A stretch of 64,000 nucleotides of DNA from Chiloscyllium plagiosum (taxonomy: Eukaryota): assembly GCF_004010195.1 (NCBI RefSeq), contig NC_057751.1:9869457-9933456 (forward strand). Direction: 5' to 3'. The notes beneath the pieces were generated by a model. The model was not told the DNA's origin, made no database searches, and worked only from the letters and a program-made list of their open reading frames with translations. The translations under genes and the position numbers were made by a program. Positions 60,386 to 64,000 of this stretch are shown here, in pieces. Position 1 is the stretch's first letter, and each line of letters begins with the position of its first letter.

Positions 60386-61657
60386 GTGAGATTTTGCTCT
60401 CTAAAATTGTATCACATCTGAGATACCTCAGATTCAAAGGTTTTCCCATTTTGACTTTAGGTGAACTAGACCAAACCCACAATTCTATTTGAGGTGGAAC
60501 GGAACCCTTCAGGGAACATGCTTATTCCAGGGAAACTAACTGCCCACAAGGTGGGGCTCCAACTTGTGGAATGCAAATTTTTACCGAGTATGGTTGTCTC
60601 ATAGATGATTGATCCTTCTCAGAGTGAAAAAATTGCTGTTACTCTGAGTTGTTTCAAGTCTTTGCCCGAGCAACTTCACAGTATGAAACTCTTTGTTTGG
60701 TGATTGTCCCTTACTCAAGTGGACACAGACAGTTGAAAGGAGAGATGAAAGGGGAATAACAAAACAATGAGAGATCTGTCAGAATAGATCGGGAAAACTG
60801 TTCCCATTGAGGAAAGCATCAGGACCTGGAGGGCACAGATTGGTAAATGAATCAATGAAGACATGAGGAGAGACGTTTTCATGCAGCACGTAATCTGGAA
60901 GGCACTGCCTGAGAGTATAGTTGAGGCAGGATCAACCAAGGCATGACTCAATTAATCAAAGCCAATAAGATTATTATCTGAGATGAAAGAATGTGCAACG
61001 CTCTGAGAAGAAGACTTATAAGGAGCACAAATAAAACTTGCTTGTCCAGAGAGCTACCACAAATGGAATAGATTGAATATTCTCTTTTTAAATGCTATTG
61101 TGCTCAGCTGCGCAGACCAGAAAGTCTAGATTTAATTCCCAGGTGAGATATTTTGTAATCAACCTGGTCAGAGATGTTATTATTTGAACCTGGGCCTGCT
61201 GGCTCAGAGATAGAGATAGGTAAATGACAACTGCACCGCAAGAGCTTCTAATATTCCCCTCCTGTGCTGTCAACAATCTGTTACTTTGGGTGGTTATCTA
61301 AATGATAGGAAACTTCGCTATCAATTGCACGTTCTCTAATTGGTGAAGACTAATGGTTCAGTTGGATTTTCTCGAATCAAGACTGAATAAAACCTAGGGT
61401 GTCAGGCATGAAGAATATCCTGAAATTGAAAGGGATAAAGAAAGTGGAGTTGAAAAGCACAGAGTTTATGATTATTTTCATAGTTTTATGAAATTGTAAT
61501 TTGTTCTTTCACATCAAAAAAAATTTAGTGTTGCAAAGGTGTTTAAAAACCAATCAAATTCTATTGCGTAAATGTGTGTTACCCTGACAGCTGTGTGACC
61601 TGGTGTTATATGCTCAGTGCTTTCGTAATTTCTATTCTTGTTCCTTTCTTCCCACAG

Positions 61658-61762
61658 GTAGAGCAGATGTTTGCTGTGACTCCCATTGATGTTGCAGGAA
61701 ACATTGATTATAAGTCACTATGTTATATCATCACACATGGAGATGAGAAGGAAGAGGCATAG
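61658..61762 (+). CDS. MYL7: MYL7 exon 7 coding part, [34 protein letters not shown]
   Basis: cacag| acceptor; [21 protein letters not shown] matches the MYL7 C-terminus; TAG at 61760-61762; total 174 aa. Confidence 0.97.
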   Translation, partial: VEQMFAVTPIDVAGNIDYKSLCYIITHGDEKEEA

Positions 61763-61798
61763 TTTGAATGTTGTTGGTGTGTGGCTATTGCTGTCATT

Positions 61799-61953
61799 AA
61801 TAAAAACATCAGTGATAATGATCATATGAATCATCTCTAAATAAAACACTGCAACTCAAATTGGACAATTAATCCTTCGATGTTTAGCGAAGCACAACTG
61901 CTCATGTCAAATTGTCACGCTCACTCTTGTACTGGCTAATGGCCACTAATAAA
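61799..61953 (+). terminator. MYL7 polyadenylation signals (three AATAAA)
   Basis: AATAAA at 61799, 61840 and 61948; the last is followed by a U/GU-rich tract. Confidence 0.65.
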
Positions 61954-62295
61954 TCATTTATTTCATGCCATTTTGTCACCTTCCCCTCTTGTTGTGAAGT
62001 TGTTAGCTTTTCACTGGAATACTTTCCTCTGATTCAATAATTCTAAGTTTTTATGCATGATTCCTGAGACTGCGGATACTGACTGGAGATTCTGTTATTG
62101 AGGGGTAAGCCTGGCCACACACAAATGCACACTTTACTGGGAGGCATGCGATAGTAATGAGAGACAGGAATCTATCTGACTTTTCCATCCTGAATCTTGC
62201 ACATTGAATGGTATTTGGCACAGACTATGTCAAAGTTGGAATCTTCCCGTTCCCTGTGACTCAATGACTGACTGAATAAACACCCTGTACCATTG

Positions 62296-63118
62296 TTGAA
62301 AGGTATGACACTGGAAAAGGACAGCAGTTCAGCAGCATCTGAGGAGCAGGAGTATCGACGTTTCAGGCACAAGCCTGTCACAAAGCTAGCCCCTTTTATT
62401 CTAAAAGCTGTTCCTTGGCTCAAGAATACTCTGTCCTTGATTTTTTTTTTGTGAGAGGTAATAAACCGTGCCAGGCTTCAATCAGTCTGGTTTGGTACAG
62501 AGATCAACAAGATTTTGAGAGGCCTTTTGTTCATATGTAAACAGATGAGACTTCAGGCCAAAGTGGTCATGTTTTAGAAGTGAAGAAAAAGGGGAGTAAA
62601 AAGAAAGGGAAGTGGTCAGCTCTCTGGCTGAACGGGTTAATTTCAATCTTGAACTGGTTGGAAGTTCAACAGGGAGCTGTGTGGAAACTCTCTCTCCCTT
62701 TCTCCCCTTCAACTTCAACCTGTAAGCATGTGTTCCATTTATACTGGTTTTTAAAGGGAGTTTGCTTATTAGGACTGTTGTGTATATTTGGAACAGCATA
62801 ATTAAGTCTCGTTGGATAGGTTGAGTTCTGGAAGGCTTCTTTATTCTATTCTTTGTGTTTCATTGTCTAATTTTGTGAATACATTTTTGTCTGTTTTAAA
62901 ATCTAGTAGTCAATCTAGCTAACTGAATCATGGTAGTTTTCACTGTACATTGTTAGGAAACAAATTGCAAAGTTACGGCCTGAGCTGCCTGCTTAAGAAT
63001 GTCTTGAGTAGTCTCAAGCCTCATGCCTGCTCCTCGGATGCTGCCTGACCTGCTGTGCTTTTCCAGCACCACACTTTTCGACTCTGATCTTCAGCATCTG
63101 TGGTCCTCACTTTCTCCT
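62296..63118. mobile_element. Penelope fold-back element split at its centre by an LTR-like insertion (62376-63016)
   Basis: Arms at 62296-62375 (minus) and 63017-63118 (plus); outer duplication ACCCTGTACCATTG / ACCCTGTGTCATTG; insert TGTCAC...TCTCA flanked by AGCC. Confidence 0.7.
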
Positions 63119-64000
63119 ACCCTGTGTCATTGGCCAAGCTTAATATACTTCTTTTTCAATGGCTTGATCGTACTCAGGCAAACTTGCCTCGGTAACAGCC
63201 GGCACACATTTTGCAAATTTGGGTTTTTTGGCTGTTTCTCCATTTTTACTTTCCAAAACTGGTGTCACTTCAATTTCATGGAAAGATTCAGCAACAAAAT
63301 CAATTGACTCAATGTCTTTGATAAAGTTAACGTGATAATTTCTCTGTGTCTGTGTCTGTGCCTTTGGTCACGGGCACTTGAATTCTTCATTCCCAATGGT
63401 CATGGTCAGACTGGAGTCTGTCCACTCAAAGTGAAGGGATGTTTAATCAGCGGCTACTTCTGTTGGAGGGAAACTGAGGTACTCAATCCTGGTAATTTGA
63501 AGTGGAAAAGAGAAAATAATTCTGAAAAGGGAGGGAAACTCATCATAGAATCGGGGATCATTTAAGGACATAATTAAGTAGCGAGGGAACATCGATGTTT
63601 GCCACTATGATGGTCTATTATGTTCATGGTAATATTTGTTTGAATAATGCCTAGTTGTGTCTTTTCAAGTTCTCGTATACGTGTGAGGTTCTGTTTTTGT
63701 TGTCTCACTTCTTCCTAACGAATAAATTAACAGTTGGTGACTTTGACAACTTCTAACAGGATTGAAATTCACCCTTCAATTCCAGTCAGTCTGCTACCTT
63801 TGCTTCAGCGAGAGGTTGAAATTGCACCATCATAGAATTGTCTTCAGGTTGGTGTATCTTGAAAAGGTACACAGTGCAGCATGATGTTTGGCAATGACCA
63901 TACCGTCAGACCATGTCTCAGTGGATCATGTTCATCGGAAGGTATCGTTCTGATTGGTGTGTGGGAACATTTGGAAACTTGGTACTGATGAAGAGGATAG

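Noticed and set aside
42866-61762. Gene being MYL2, MYL10 or MYLPF
   Set aside because: MASRKA start, [28 protein letters not shown] and the position behind GCK fit MYL7.

Overview
Eukaryotic genomic DNA, very probably from a shark; this is inferred from the HE1 V-SINEs, CR1/HER1 LINEs and Deu-type SINEs. The window holds two complete, intact, tandem + strand genes reconstructed exon by exon. Glucokinase (GCK) has 10 coding exons at 2147-39644 and encodes 461 aa; exons 1-9 have the human lengths. It begins with a beta-cell/neuroendocrine-type first exon (MPSNRARIDYGRMQK) preceded by paired RFX X-box-like motifs. Atrial regulatory myosin light chain (MYL7) has 7 coding exons at 42866-61762, encodes 174 aa and has a compact cardiac promoter about 3.2 kb after the GCK stop. 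Introns are filled with CR1, Rex1/Babar, Tx1-like, Penelope-like, Harbinger and LTR-like relics and SINEs, and there is a 463-N gap at 57937-58399. The most notable observations are: the conserved neuroendocrine GCK exon and promoter with no recognisable liver exon; charge-changing substitutions at both GKRP-contact patches; Cys at the human R275 MODY position and His at Q287; six Penelope-derived fold-back elements whose inversion points fall at or beside decayed hammerhead-ribozyme cores; and two short insertions flanked by unusually long direct duplications. Nearly all ORFs in the supplied track are transposon remnants or spurious. Residue numbers follow human GCK, and comparisons to human are from recalled sequence, not a computed alignment.
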